A DNA stretch of 63,356 nt, counting the filler, from Craspedostauros australis (lineage: Eukaryota), in assembly GCA_030167865.1 (NCBI GenBank). It is 13 parts of 13 records of this genome, joined end to end, with 100 filler letters (N's around TTAATTAATTAA, not from the genome) between each part and the next. Parts side by side here need not be neighbours in the genome. Positions count along the whole stretch, not along the records: positions 1 to 31,909 come from JALAGF010000697.1; 12 more parts are not named here. The stretch is one strand, 5' to 3'. The first letter of the stretch is position 1, and each line of letters begins with the position of its first letter. This document shows, piece by piece, positions 12,435 to 24,303 of the stretch. The translations under genes and the position numbers were made by a program. The notes beneath the pieces were generated by a model, which saw only the letters and a program-made list of their open reading frames with translations, had not been told where the DNA came from and ran no database searches.

Positions 12435-13496
12435 TGTTGATTCCGAAGCCGGATCATCCATCTCTCCCTCTCCACTAATCCATTCATGCAATGCATTGCA
12501 TGACTGCATTCATGCACTCATTCATGCGTCGGTGCGATGGAAACGAATACCAATGTATCATACCCCATCTCATCTCATCTCACGCCATCCCATCAACATA
12601 CACATAAATTCAATATGCTCCTCAACATATAATACAATAAATCACATAATAGGAACACAAGACGATAAAACGCGGCACTTTCGATGCTCCTGATACGGCA
12701 TGCTGGAGCACCTGTTGTCAACGGCTTGAGCAATCACACGAGCAAGTGCACCAACAATCACACGAAGGCTCGAATAGTTATCATTGCTTCTATTGCCATC
12801 ATCCGTGTGTCCGTCGCCTGATGCTATCGCTCCATCAATAGCACAGCACAGCACATTGCCATGCCAATACAGCACAAGCATTATGAGCGCGAGACGAGAC
12901 ACCAAAAGACAAAGCGCGCAGTCTGTTGTTCTGTTCTGGACCGAGAAAGTGGCGCGCTTCGGGAATTTTGGCATCTTGGGACCCGAATCCCTCTTGAATT
13001 CGGGATTGGGATGTCAAGTCGTGATTTCTCAGTTTCAATCGTGAAAGTTCTGTCGATCGTTGTCATTTTGTCTCCTTGTCTTTTCAAATAGATGTGTGGT
13101 ACTCATCTAAAACATCGCCGAAGGGGTTTGTACCAGTACCAACCGAATGATGTCTGTGTTGGAGAAGAAAAACCGGCATGCAGCACACGAATGGATTGGA
13201 AGGAACAAACCAACACGGAACGCAACGGAAGGTGCGTGTTGCGCCCAAAACAATGACAACTGTCTTGGTCGTGTCAGTTGGGGCCGAGAGTGATCGTGGA
13301 CCACAAAATGAAAGAAGACTCATTCCGACACTCATAAGTTTGAAACGATCGGGAAAGCAACACCTAAAGTCCGTCGGAGTCGAGTATTGGGAGAGTGATC
13401 CTGTATTCATAAGCCACATTGGAAGCAGAAGTGGAAAGCCAGACGTTTCGACAAGGCGGATTGTTGTGCAAGAAGAAGCAGAAGAGAAGAAGGAGA

Positions 13497-14720
13497 ATGG
13501 CGAGCTACAACTACAACTACGGTGCTCCCGCAGCCAACGTTGGCGGTTACGCACATCCACAGCAGACACAGCAGCAGCAGCAGCAGCAACAACAAAGTTC
13601 GTCGGCGTTGACTCCATTTTACGCACCTCGCAATGGCAATGGCAATGGACACAGCAATGGGTACGCCAACAACTACGCCAACGGCCAGCAGAATCACGCG
13701 GCCCAACCCACCAACTTCAACAGCGCCGCCGCTGGTGCCAATGCGGTTCCAATCGGCTACTACCAGCAGCCCGGTCACGTGGCATCCAACGACCCGTACG
13801 CACCGCAGCCGTACGCACCGCAGCCGTACGCACAAGCCCCACCGGCGCAGCAGTATCAGCAGAATCACGCGGCTCCGTTTGCCAACCCCATCACTGCTGG
13901 TCCAAAGCCGGCCCCCTACTCCGCACCGTCCTTCCACTCGAACGGTCAGAACACTCTGTACACAGGTGCAAACATGAACGCGCATGCACAGATGCCTGCC
14001 AACTTCAATAGCAACGGCAACATTGGTGGATTTCCTACGGCCGCTCCCGCACCGGCTGCCGTGGCTCCGGTTTCCGCACCAGTTCCACCAAACGTGGTGG
14101 AGACGGAAGCGGTCGCGGTCCCATTCGACCCTTGGGGCGACAACATCGCCCCCGTGCCAGCTGCCGCCGCCGTCGCCGCTCCTGCTTCGGCTCCTCCATC
14201 ATTCCCACCGTCTGTGATCACCACGAAAACGGACATGGCACCGCCCGAACCTTCCAACGCACATGGCGACTACATGACGAACGGCGGACGCCTTGCGCCG
14301 ACCGAAAATCCAAACCAACCTGCCGTCGTGACAGCATCTCATAACCAGCATGGATACGGCGACAATTTCAACAACGGCCATGCCAACCACCATGCCTACG
14401 ATGGCGCAAACCCCTATCAGCAGGGACACCCCGCCGGGTACGCAGCCAACGGTGACGGCAACATGCAGTATCGCGAGGACTGGAAGAAGTACGAAAGATC
14501 CGGTGACAAGAAGCAGCGACGCAAGCATCGGCGACGTGGCCGCATGGCGGTGGGCGCTGCCAGCGGCGTCATCGTGGGGACCTTGGCGCTGGGCCCCGTT
14601 GGTTTTGTTTTGGGTGGGCCCGTGGGTGCCGCCGTTGCGCGTCATGCCAGTAAGAAAGGTGAGAAGCGCAAGGACAAGAAGGCGCAGAGAGATCTCACCA
14701 ACGAGCGTGGATTGTACTAA
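13497..14720 (+). CDS. P/Q/N/Y/A-rich low-complexity protein with a C-terminal glycine-zipper membrane segment
   Basis: ATG at 13497 (MASYNYNYGAP). PYAPQ repeats, then GAASGVIVGTLALGPVGFVLGGPVGAAVA flanked by basic clusters. Confidence 0.85.
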   Translation: MASYNYNYGAPAANVGGYAHPQQTQQQQQQQQQSSSALTPFYAPRNGNGNGHSNGYANNYANGQQNHAAQPTNFNSAAAGANAVPIGYYQQPGHVASNDPYAPQPYAPQPYAQAPPAQQYQQNHAAPFANPITAGPKPAPYSAPSFHSNGQNTLYTGANMNAHAQMPANFNSNGNIGGFPTAAPAPAAVAPVSAPVPPNVVETEAVAVPFDPWGDNIAPVPAAAAVAAPASAPPSFPPSVITTKTDMAPPEPSNAHGDYMTNGGRLAPTENPNQPAVVTASHNQHGYGDNFNNGHANHHAYDGANPYQQGHPAGYAANGDGNMQYREDWKKYERSGDKKQRRKHRRRGRMAVGAASGVIVGTLALGPVGFVLGGPVGAAVARHASKKGEKRKDKKAQRDLTNERGLY

Positions 14721-16384
14721 TAGTAAGACCACGGGGGCACGGCAAAAGGGAGGGAGAGAGAGAAAGCGAACAAATGAAGTGATTATATGGCGAAGCCAAG
14801 ATTTGCATCGTAGGCAACATCAATACGCCATAATGATAGAGAGCTATTACGTTACATTATAATATCATGTCATATTGCTCTATAGGTACGTACACGCGTG
14901 AGCTGCACTCCTACTATATGCTCGAATGTAGAGTAGTACGGATTCGAACATCCGGAAACAATGCACGTGCTGATACTATCTACGAGTGTGAGTCCTCGAC
15001 ACTTCCAGCAGTTCGTGCAGCCTTGAAGCTCGTGGAAAAGAAACATTGGCACTGGCAAACTCGTCACACAAAACGTCCCAGTTGATCTTGGTTGACCAAA
15101 TGCTGAGATAGGTGGAGTATGTGTGTATGGTATGCACGTGGATGGTAAAGCATCGTATCATATTAATATTATACGAACCGCTGCTCGCACCAGCCGAACG
15201 GCCAGAATCGATACGAATAGAACGTAGTGACAATAGGATTGAGTACTCGTATGATGCCACTTCCAGATACTCTGCTCGTGCATTCCTACTTCGTTCGTTG
15301 CACGCTTGTCGGGATGTGAGTGCCCACAAGCAATGCAGTATGAGGATGTAGTCGTTGTCGTCACAGTGGAGTACGAGCTACCAATACTATGTGTATGGTG
15401 TAGGTCGCAGCGGTGGTTGGTTCAGACCCAAGAATTTGCATGTGCGCATTCGTTCCGTCTCGCAGAAATGTGGATTGTGGTGGAGTAGTGGTGCACCACG
15501 GCTCTGCTGTTGGCGCGTGATACAGATGGGATACACGCAGGTAGCTTGCTGGAGGAGAATTGGTGTTGTTCTGTAACTGTGCGTCAGCAAGAGGCGCGAA
15601 CTCAACTGTTGGCCGCGACACACGAAACTGTTCGTCTTCCTGCCGCCCAGGCGTTTTGTTACCGAGCAAAAATGGATCGTTTTTTCGTGCTGTTGAGGTC
15701 TTGATGCTTCCACGTTTCCCAATTATGGGAGTGTTCCGCGACCGGCAACAAATGTCTCTGCGTCCTTCGATAGAATCACTGCGCAACGCAATTCAGTTGA
15801 ACAACCAGAAATTGGCTGCGTGCTGCAACAGAGCACGTCATTGTGGTGGACGTCTGTCCTGTACCCGTATGCGCGCAGACCTCCCAAGTTCTGTAGAGAC
15901 GTCGTCGTAGGCCGCATACGTGGCTTCGGTTACTGCGGTTCGTGTCTCCACCACAAATCACAACACTCTCCCACAAACGAACCATCACAGATAACAGAGC
16001 ATGGAACATCGAGGAGCTGACAGCTGTGAAAAGCAGCCACTACGCGATCGCCGGCAACAAAGGGTCCTCAGCGCAACAGCGCCACGACACACGCGAGAAC
16101 TCGCGCTGGGTACCGACTCGTAGAAACCTACGGTGGGAGTACCAATTGACGCGCTCTGTGTGCAGACAGATCGACTCTTCTTCACATCTCGCAAACAGGT
16201 GTGCTCCACACAACGATACTATTCTGCACACCACAACACACCAACTTCGTCACGAGCATTCGTCAACGTGCGCATCATCCATCATCTGGAACCACCCACC
16301 TCACAGAGACAATCGACCAAGCGCACCACAGAGGAGGAGACCGCAGCGCTCTTGTTCCAAACCCGCCATCACTTGACAGGCCTC

Positions 16385-19300
16385 ATGTCGCAACCGAGCG
16401 GCTCAGGTGTGAGCGGTGGTGGCGCAAATCTCCACCATTCTCGAATTAACACGAACAGTGCACGCGCTGTTGGTGGCGCGATCCACAGCAACACGATCAG
16501 CACAGATGTCGATCGAAGACTTCCCGGACAGACTAGTGTAGCAACATCAGCAACATCTACCATCAATGCATTGCGCGGCTTGGCACCAGCCTCATCCCTG
16601 CCAGCATCCTTATCAGCATCACTGTCAGCGCAGCAAGCAGGAGCAGCAACAACAGCCTCTGGTGGAAGCCAGGGTCCTGCCGGGATCAACTCCTGGAATC
16701 CACAAGCTCCCAATGCCTCGTTGGTGGAGACGCTGCTGAGCCTAGGGGCACATAGTGTGGGCGGAGGAGGAGGAGTTCGTCCAGAAGTAAGTGTTCCACA
16801 GCAACAGGCCCCAAAGCTGTCCGCAATGAGTGGAGCCTTGGGCAATAGCAGGCGTGGCAGCATTAGCAATAACAGCGGCGTTGCCTCTGTGCCTGCAAGT
16901 GGGAATGGTAGTAATGGCGCTGGGACTGCGAGTAGTGGGACGCCGAGAAGCGAGAATGTCATCTCTTCTGCAACTACTGCACCTGCCAACGCACCGGCTG
17001 CTCCAGCTTTCGCACCGTCCACAACTACCCACCTCCAGTCATCGCAGGCCCAAAACGTGGACGCCTCCATGCTCATGATGCTCAACCTGCTGGGGTCTCT
17101 CGTTCCCCACAACGCGGCCGGGAATGATGCCATGCGCACCAACATGAACAGCACCTGTCCGAGCGTCGGCAGTAATAGCAATGTTGGCCAAGAGAGGCAA
17201 CAGCAGGTGCGCCCAGCCAACGCATACACCAACTCCACTGCGACCGCAAATACGGCCGCCCCCGGAATCGCCATTCCATCTGATACTCAGCAGCAACAGC
17301 AGCTCCTGCAACAGCTACAGCTGCTGATGACCGTGTCGTCCGAGACGCCCGACATCCAAGCCGCCCTCTCCACCACCATCCTCCTGTCAAGTCTCATCAA
17401 CGAAAGCCAGAAGCAGCAGCGACAACAGGAAGAGCTTGAGCGACAGCTCGAAGAAGACCGAAAGCGCAAGCTTCGAGATCAGCAAGAGCAACAGCAGCAG
17501 CAAGCGGATCTTGCTAACGCGCTTGCAACCATGATGCAGCTCCTCAACCCAGGAATGGCGCAACTGCCAGTTGTGACTGCGCCACAGCAGCAACAGCCGC
17601 CTCAATTCAACCCTCAGGTGGCAGCTGGGTCAACATCACGGCCGCAAGTGCAACCACTGGTCAAGATGCAGACAGCTTCAACAACCCTTGCACAGCAATC
17701 AGCCAAGCCGCAGGTCAATACACAATCACAACAGCAAGTACAACCACAAATGCAAGTACAACAACGACAAATGCAAGTACAACAACAAATGCAAGCACAA
17801 CCACAACAACCACACCCGCTGCAGCAGCAGCAGCAGCACACACTGCACGCCCAGCCGCAAGTGCAGTCACAGCAACCGCAAACGCACCCACAACACGCCC
17901 AGCCACCAGCCCAATCAGCACCGCGGCCACTGCAACAGTTCCCTGTGCCTCAGCGCGTCGGAAGCTCGATAAAGCCGGCCAGCCTGAAACCCGCCACACG
18001 CTACCCAATAGGTCTGCCAGGGTCCGTGCGGTTGGAGTCCTCCGTGTTGAAGACACACAGGGAACGCAAGAATGGCATCGAAGGCAACATCCGGCGTCGC
18101 AGCGATAGAAAATCCAAGGGTCTCTCTGGCAAATCCAACGGTTCATCCGCTGCGACCAAGACTGGGCAAGACCAGCAAGATCCACCTCCCACTGAGTCGG
18201 TCATGCCGTGCCGTGCGAGGGGCATGCCCATCGATCACAACTATCAGGTACGTCTCCATCTCCACCTCTTTCGCAATGCTCTCTCTCTCTCTCTCCTTGA
18301 ATGCATTAGTATTGATGCGGTTGACTGTCCTCTCCTGCACACTCTGTTCAATCTGATTGTGTGAGCGGATCGAGACAGAGTAAGGGATTCATGACGCTCT
18401 CCCAATCGCGCTCTTACCACTGATGTTTTCATTCATCTGTCTACTCGTACCTACCTGGAACGATAATTTCCCAACATCCAACACAAAAAAACACCGATCC
18501 ATCAATCAATCGATCAATCGATGAATTCATCAAATGATGCACTCTATGCCACACACAGACGGCTTATTTCGTTGTGCCGAGCGACACACACCATGGTGCG
18601 CAGCTGGTTTGCAGTTACCCAGCATGTCGCAACAACGGGATCAAATTCCGTTGGTGTCAGGTGTGCCTTGCGCCCGTTGCCAATCGGAACTTCCGTGGCC
18701 GCCACTCCCATCCGGAAGAACTGGAATGGGGTCGCAAGGGTGACGACACTACCAGTAGCAAGCCCAACAAATCAAAACAAGCGTCAACATCTTCCAAGAA
18801 TGCGTTGGGAACAAAACGCACGAAGAAGGATAGGCACGACATCGCCCCTCTAACACGGTCATCAACTGTTGCTCGTGGCTGTGCAGCGGCCGCAGCGATA
18901 CCACAACACACACCATCTTCCACAAGGCCCTTACGCGAAATAAACCTGCCAAAGCGTGCAGCACTATCCAAACAAGCACAGGCAGCAACTGTGACAGCAT
19001 CGCCCCCGAAAAGAACAACGGCGCTTGCAACGCAAGGACGACAGCAAGCACAGGCGCCGCAACAGCAGCATCAACAGCAGCATCAACAGCAACAGACACA
19101 ACCGAAACACGCACCAGCTCCAGCACAGGCACCTTCCTCCTCCTCCGTTTCGCAGTCGACATTGAACGGTCTCTATTGCCAAGACGTGTCCACCTCCCAG
19201 ACCTCTGTCTCCTCTGGAGTCTCCGCTGGAGCATCTGCAACGCTCTCCCTCACAACACGCCAACTGGCCTGGCGAGAGCTGTTCGATGCATGTCCCAGAC

Positions 19301-19773
19301 ATCCAAACACGACAGATGAACAGGTCATGGAGTGGATCCAGAAGGTGATGTCCGTGAGCGACGCCAGCGCCCCTCTGCCACCCGCAGTTCGCGGTCTGTG
19401 GCAGCGGCAGAACGGTGGCACTTTCAATCAGCACACCATCTCCGAATGCACCGACAACTCCGAAAAGGACAGCGAGGAAAACTCGCATGGGGAGATGTCC
19501 AATGATGCCTTCCGCAGTCCTCAGAAGCCAATCCAAGACAAGAAACCCAACGGGCCCCACGACAACAGCAAGGAATGGGAGCAGTCGTATCGTTCGCAAC
19601 ACGGGGACGAGGAACGGAAACGCAGTGCTGACGAGGAGGTTGATGCAAAGATCTGCGAGCAACAACGGCAGCAGCAGAAACAGACGTCCGTGGAAATCGT
19701 AGCGCGCGTCATGTCGACCATCTCCAATCCTCCCATAAAGAAGCGAAGAATGGTTCACCTGAAGAAGGCATAG
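16385..19773 (+). CDS. Q-rich protein with a Cys/His (putative zinc-binding) domain, 2 exons: 16385-18247 and 18559-19773
   Basis: The intron 18248-18558 (GTACGT...ACACAG, phase 0) joins two ORFs to give PCRARGMPIDHNYQ|TAYFVVPSDTHHGAQLVCSYPACRNNGIKFRWCQVCLAPVANRNFRGRHSH. A C-terminal basic NLS-like PPIKKRR is present. Confidence 0.85.
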
Positions 19774-20601
19774 GAGTGATGTACTTATTGTGGTGAACGG
19801 GTTATTCAAGGGGATATCACGGTAACCTGCAAGAACAAATGGCGCGTTCTCATACAGCGCCATTCACAGGTGCTCCCCTCTGCCTCTTCTATCATTTTGG
19901 ATGCGCTCCATGTTCAATTTCGGATCAAAAGGGTCGTTGCACGAGTGCTACCATACCACAACGTGCAGCATCGCATCCGGCGTCTATTTACACCAGTACA
20001 TGCTACCACAAGGAAGTATGCATCCATACTAAACTGTAACATCATACATATGATATTATGTACTCGTAGTCCTGATCTCTCTCTCTCTGGTATTGTCTCC
20101 ATTACTAATGTACTCCACCATCATCAAGCATTTTGAGTGGGTATCGTCAGAAATGAAGCACAGTGCGTGATTGGATGTGTCGGAACTCAGCGAAGGCCAG
20201 AGCATCAGGATGTAATTGCTCACTAGCCAACCACCAATCCTCCAAGTCATCGTGTGCGTCGATCAAGCCAGCTGTACCGTGCTCGCATGCTGTTGCCGAC
20301 ACTCGCGCAAACTGGATCTACGACTAGTACGAGTAACTATCTTGTGTCCAACCATGACAAATCACGACTGATGCCGCCACTTTGTGACAACCAATGCGCA
20401 ACCGAAGAGAACAAACGCGGAAAGTCGCCAAACAGCCGAATAGATCTTCCCTGGGCAAGCACTCCACTGCTATCTACTCCACCAGGTACCCCACTGCTCC
20501 AGGATGGAACAAGCGCAGCGTTGGTTACCATACATCGGGGGTCAGCGGATATGACTTCTCATCTTGGGCATGGCAGGCTTAGTGGACGGCATGGACGTTG
20601 C

Positions 20602-22308
20602 ATGAGACGGACAAAGCTGCGCGATGCATGGTGGCGTGATGTGCTTCGATCTGCTCGTTGCTCATGGTTGGTGTACACTTATGTGCTGATGGCCTTCGTC
20701 TGGTGTGCAGACAGCCACCGCAAGTGCGACGCGTTTGTGCCCGTCATTCCCGATGGTGGACGCAACCGATTCAAGCCATTGCCTTGCAGCAACCGCGGCC
20801 TTCGATTGGGCCAGCAGTGTTGTGATCAAATTCACGGCAGCTCAGATGCAGGCGGTGATGATGGCATGTCATTGAGCAATGGATCGGTGACTTGCACGCA
20901 TCGACGGTCCGTTCTGCATTCGATGGGGGCAGGCCTGGCCGTTCCCTTTCTCACAGCGAGCTTGCCGAATGCAGCTTCTGCGAAGGTTCCTGGTTGGTCA
21001 CCGCCTGTTGCTTTCGGCGGAGGCGGCTCTGCCGGCAACACGGCGCTTGCGTTGGACCCGTCCACCATCCGATGGATCCAGCAAGGAGTTCCACCGATGT
21101 CCGGGGATCTTCTCTCACATCCGCTTTCCACAACCGCCTCGATTGATTGGTCGGTGTATCGATACGGAACATCTTCGCTGCGAATTTCTCCATCGGCGGC
21201 AGCAACAGCGAGCGAAATGGGAGATGAGCAGCCGCAGTCCCGTTCCTTCAGTTCGGGCGATGCACGTCGCCGGGTTCCACCCGCAGTGCACCCAACCCCA
21301 TTCCCGTCCTGGTTGGTATCCGACCAAGGCACGTGCGATGATGATGACAACAATCGAACGATACCATCCGCCAGTAATTATGTTGCCGGATCATGTGGAT
21401 ATTCGCACTGGCTGGCAACCTACAAATTCGACAAGGCGACATTCCCGCAGGGTCGGGACAGGCTCACGCTGCGGCTGGGAGGCGCCGGGCTTGGAACGTG
21501 CCTCTCGCTTCCGAATGTCGGGTATTCACCACCGCCGTTCGTTGTGAGGTTTACAAAGATGCCGCATCAAGGACGCACCCAGTTGGAACCACCGGTGTGC
21601 GCGTACGAAGATCACGCCTACAACATGCCTCGGCGATACGAAGCATTCTGGCCACAATCGAAGATCACCTCGATCAGGGTGGCCAATACGCCGGATGATG
21701 TGAGAGAATTGTTGCCAGAGCCACCACAGATACGAGCAGCCGCGTCCACGTTCTCCCTCACGCCTCCTTGTTCCGTAACAGGCGATGGTTGCGCCGCGGA
21801 TGACAATCCGAACTTGCACCGCCCATCATCTCGGTTGCTGATGGAGTTTTCTGGTCCTACTCGCAGTTCCAGGAACGCAGATCGATCGCAATCGATTGAT
21901 CAAACGCTTGTGTATTCCCAGGCGAATGGCATGGACAGCACGGATGTGGACAGGAGCAGGAACGGAGATGCCGCAGCTGGCGGAGACGCCTCGGGGACCA
22001 CAAACTCCGAACCGTACATCATGACGAGACAGTACATCCAGCACAACATCGAGCAGGCTTTGCAGACCGCGTACCAGGAGCATTGGCATCTGGAGTTGAA
22101 TCCTTCCGTTGTCCCAAGCACAAAGAGTGAGGATGGTGGCATGGTTGCTTCTGGACGCATCACTGTGTCCGCATTCCTGCCACCGTGGGAGGCACAGGCA
22201 TCGCAATCGCCGCCGATGCCACCGTATGACTTAACACGCCCACTCGCTATCTACAGCTACAAGATCGAGCTGCGATCCATCAGCGCACAAGAAGCTTCGA
22301 CATTTTAG
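20602..22308 (+). CDS. Probable plastid (thylakoid lumen) protein, possibly DUF6816-like
   Basis: Hydrophobic stretch WLVYTYVLMAFVW, then CDA|FVP (ASAFAP-like cleavage), then twin-arginine HRRSVL + hydrophobic segment + AASA. FPSWL, EDHAYN and LAIYSYKIEL recall DUF6816. The start codon is uncertain because the ORF is open from 20254. Confidence 0.7.
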   Translation: MRRTKLRDAWWRDVLRSARCSWLVYTYVLMAFVWCADSHRKCDAFVPVIPDGGRNRFKPLPCSNRGLRLGQQCCDQIHGSSDAGGDDGMSLSNGSVTCTHRRSVLHSMGAGLAVPFLTASLPNAASAKVPGWSPPVAFGGGGSAGNTALALDPSTIRWIQQGVPPMSGDLLSHPLSTTASIDWSVYRYGTSSLRISPSAAATASEMGDEQPQSRSFSSGDARRRVPPAVHPTPFPSWLVSDQGTCDDDDNNRTIPSASNYVAGSCGYSHWLATYKFDKATFPQGRDRLTLRLGGAGLGTCLSLPNVGYSPPPFVVRFTKMPHQGRTQLEPPVCAYEDHAYNMPRRYEAFWPQSKITSIRVANTPDDVRELLPEPPQIRAAASTFSLTPPCSVTGDGCAADDNPNLHRPSSRLLMEFSGPTRSSRNADRSQSIDQTLVYSQANGMDSTDVDRSRNGDAAAGGDASGTTNSEPYIMTRQYIQHNIEQALQTAYQEHWHLELNPSVVPSTKSEDGGMVASGRITVSAFLPPWEAQASQSPPMPPYDLTRPLAIYSYKIELRSISAQEASTF

Positions 22309-23598
22309 CGGCATGCTACAGAGTCATGGGTCGGTGTGCGCATTGAGGTTGGCGGTCATGAGGAATGGTCATGCGATAGGTCAAGGAAGATCATTGTGCT
22401 CTGAGATGAAAGGATGTGTCATAGCATAGGTCGTACCCATACTCGGCATTGTCGTACGTCTACTCGTCATACGAGCCGACTATCTTGCAATCTTGTCATC
22501 CCTTCTCCTCTCTTCCGCGCTGGCATTGGACCGACATTGTCACCGTCGCGGCACCTGTACAAGTACGACTAGTGTTGGACATTTCGCGACGGATGTCAGT
22601 CGCATGCTTGGATCGTACCTGCAAAGCGGCTGCATACGAGTACGAGAAGTCTTATTCCAAGATATTATGCTATGTACGAGCCAGTGGCGCGATCTTTTAC
22701 AGGTCCCACCCACATCGTGCCGTCGCATCGAGCGACTGTCTAGCGATGCTTCCATGCAAACATCGACATGTTCGACGAGGCTTCAATGTTTCGCCAAGCG
22801 ATGCCACTCGAATGTCCAACCCAAGACCATGCGAGGGCGAAGATGTCCCAACATGGTATTGGAGAACAAGGGCATCTTGAGGGTCGTGGCGGGATACCCC
22901 AAGATTCTGATGGTAGCGAGGTGCTACGCAGATCGTATGGCACCAGCACGAACAGGAGGCAGGAGAATCTCCTCCATGACATCCTCCGCAACTTGGCAGA
23001 CAAAACATGGCATCACCAAGATTCATCTTCGTGGTTGTCTTTGCGGCAGGGTACCGTAATCACCACTTCTCTCTCTCTCTCTCTGGAGGGAATGACAGTA
23101 CGATCTGCTCAACTTCGTCGAGATCCAAACTGCTGCGAGGGTCGGTATGGCGTCTCTCGCATGAGCTGATTAGACAGCAATTAAGTTGGACAGTAGATGA
23201 CGAGAGCGCTCTGCAAACGAGTATGATTGTGCAGGGATTTGCATTAAAAATGAACGGCTGCTCTATTATGACAGGTTTACGGTGATATAGAAGTTGTTGT
23301 TGGTTGTGATAATGGCGGCAGTGAAATTGGCGCAGGGACATCTCTCTGAAATCGTATTACTCGTGCAGAGGAAGAAAGCCGGAAGGTGGTATTGTATGTG
23401 TATGGTATTCGTATGAACCGTACTATACAACCAGTTGTGCTCTTTGTGTTCGCGCGCATCTGCGTAGGAAGTGAGTATGGTTTGGTGTAACAGGTAGGAG
23501 GAGGGATATGGCATGTGACTTCTCTCTCGCAATGGACGCCCGTCTGCGAGAGCGGAAGGTGGTTCAACAACCTCATGTCTCACCGGATTGAGAGACTC

Positions 23599-24303
23599 CT
23601 AGGCGGACCGCGCCTGCAGAAGCTTTGGTTGACTCCTACCGCCATCGTTGGCGGCATTGCTGTCGCTGCCGTTCTTGGAATGCGTCGATGAGACAAGGGA
23701 GTTGAGCAGCAGGGCGTTGCCGCCAGCAACCGCCACGGCCCCCGTCTTGCGGATGACAGTCGACACGGTCTTGCCCGCGGTGGATACCGTCTTGCCGGCC
23801 GTTGTGAGGACGCCCTGCACGATGTAGCGAGGCAGCTTGCCCGTCTTTTGCAGCAGCTGCATCCACCGATCGGACGACGACGAGAAGGATTCCGACCGCT
23901 GCTGCTTGAGCTTGTGCATCTCGTGCGTGACGCCGGCGATGTCCTCTATCGTGTAGCCGGCCTGCAGGAGGATGCTGGCGCGTCGTTGCACGGAGAGGCA
24001 GAAGTGGCTGGTGGAGGAGGACCTCCTCCTCGAGGACTTGCGCTTGTGGCTGTTCTGGCTCATCTGCTCGTTCTTGCGGAAGTACTCGTAGAGATCGATC
24101 TTCTGGGTGATGGTCTCGCCCATCGGGGTCGGACCCAGCTGGACTGGCACGCCTTCGGAGCAGGCCGGGTTGTTGCCCAGGATCATCGGAAACAGGGTGA
24201 CAGTCACCGTCCCGAATCGGACCCTGCTGCTGCGCCTCGATGTGGTCGGAGACGATGATGGGGGCGACGATGGGGGTGGCGATGGTGTCATGGCAGCGGT
24301 CAT
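23599..24303 (-). CDS. RVxF / GNNPACS domain protein (CSRNP N-terminal-like), paralogue of 1648-3399
   Basis: SRVRFGTVTVTLFPMILGNNPACSEGVPVQLG...IDLYEYFR...LSVQRRASILLQAGYTIEDI...KLKQQRSES; strong G/C third-position bias. Confidence 0.85.
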   Translation of the reverse strand: MTAAMTPSPPPSSPPSSSPTTSRRSSRVRFGTVTVTLFPMILGNNPACSEGVPVQLGPTPMGETITQKIDLYEYFRKNEQMSQNSHKRKSSRRRSSSTSHFCLSVQRRASILLQAGYTIEDIAGVTHEMHKLKQQRSESFSSSSDRWMQLLQKTGKLPRYIVQGVLTTAGKTVSTAGKTVSTVIRKTGAVAVAGGNALLLNSLVSSTHSKNGSDSNAANDGGRSQPKLLQARSA

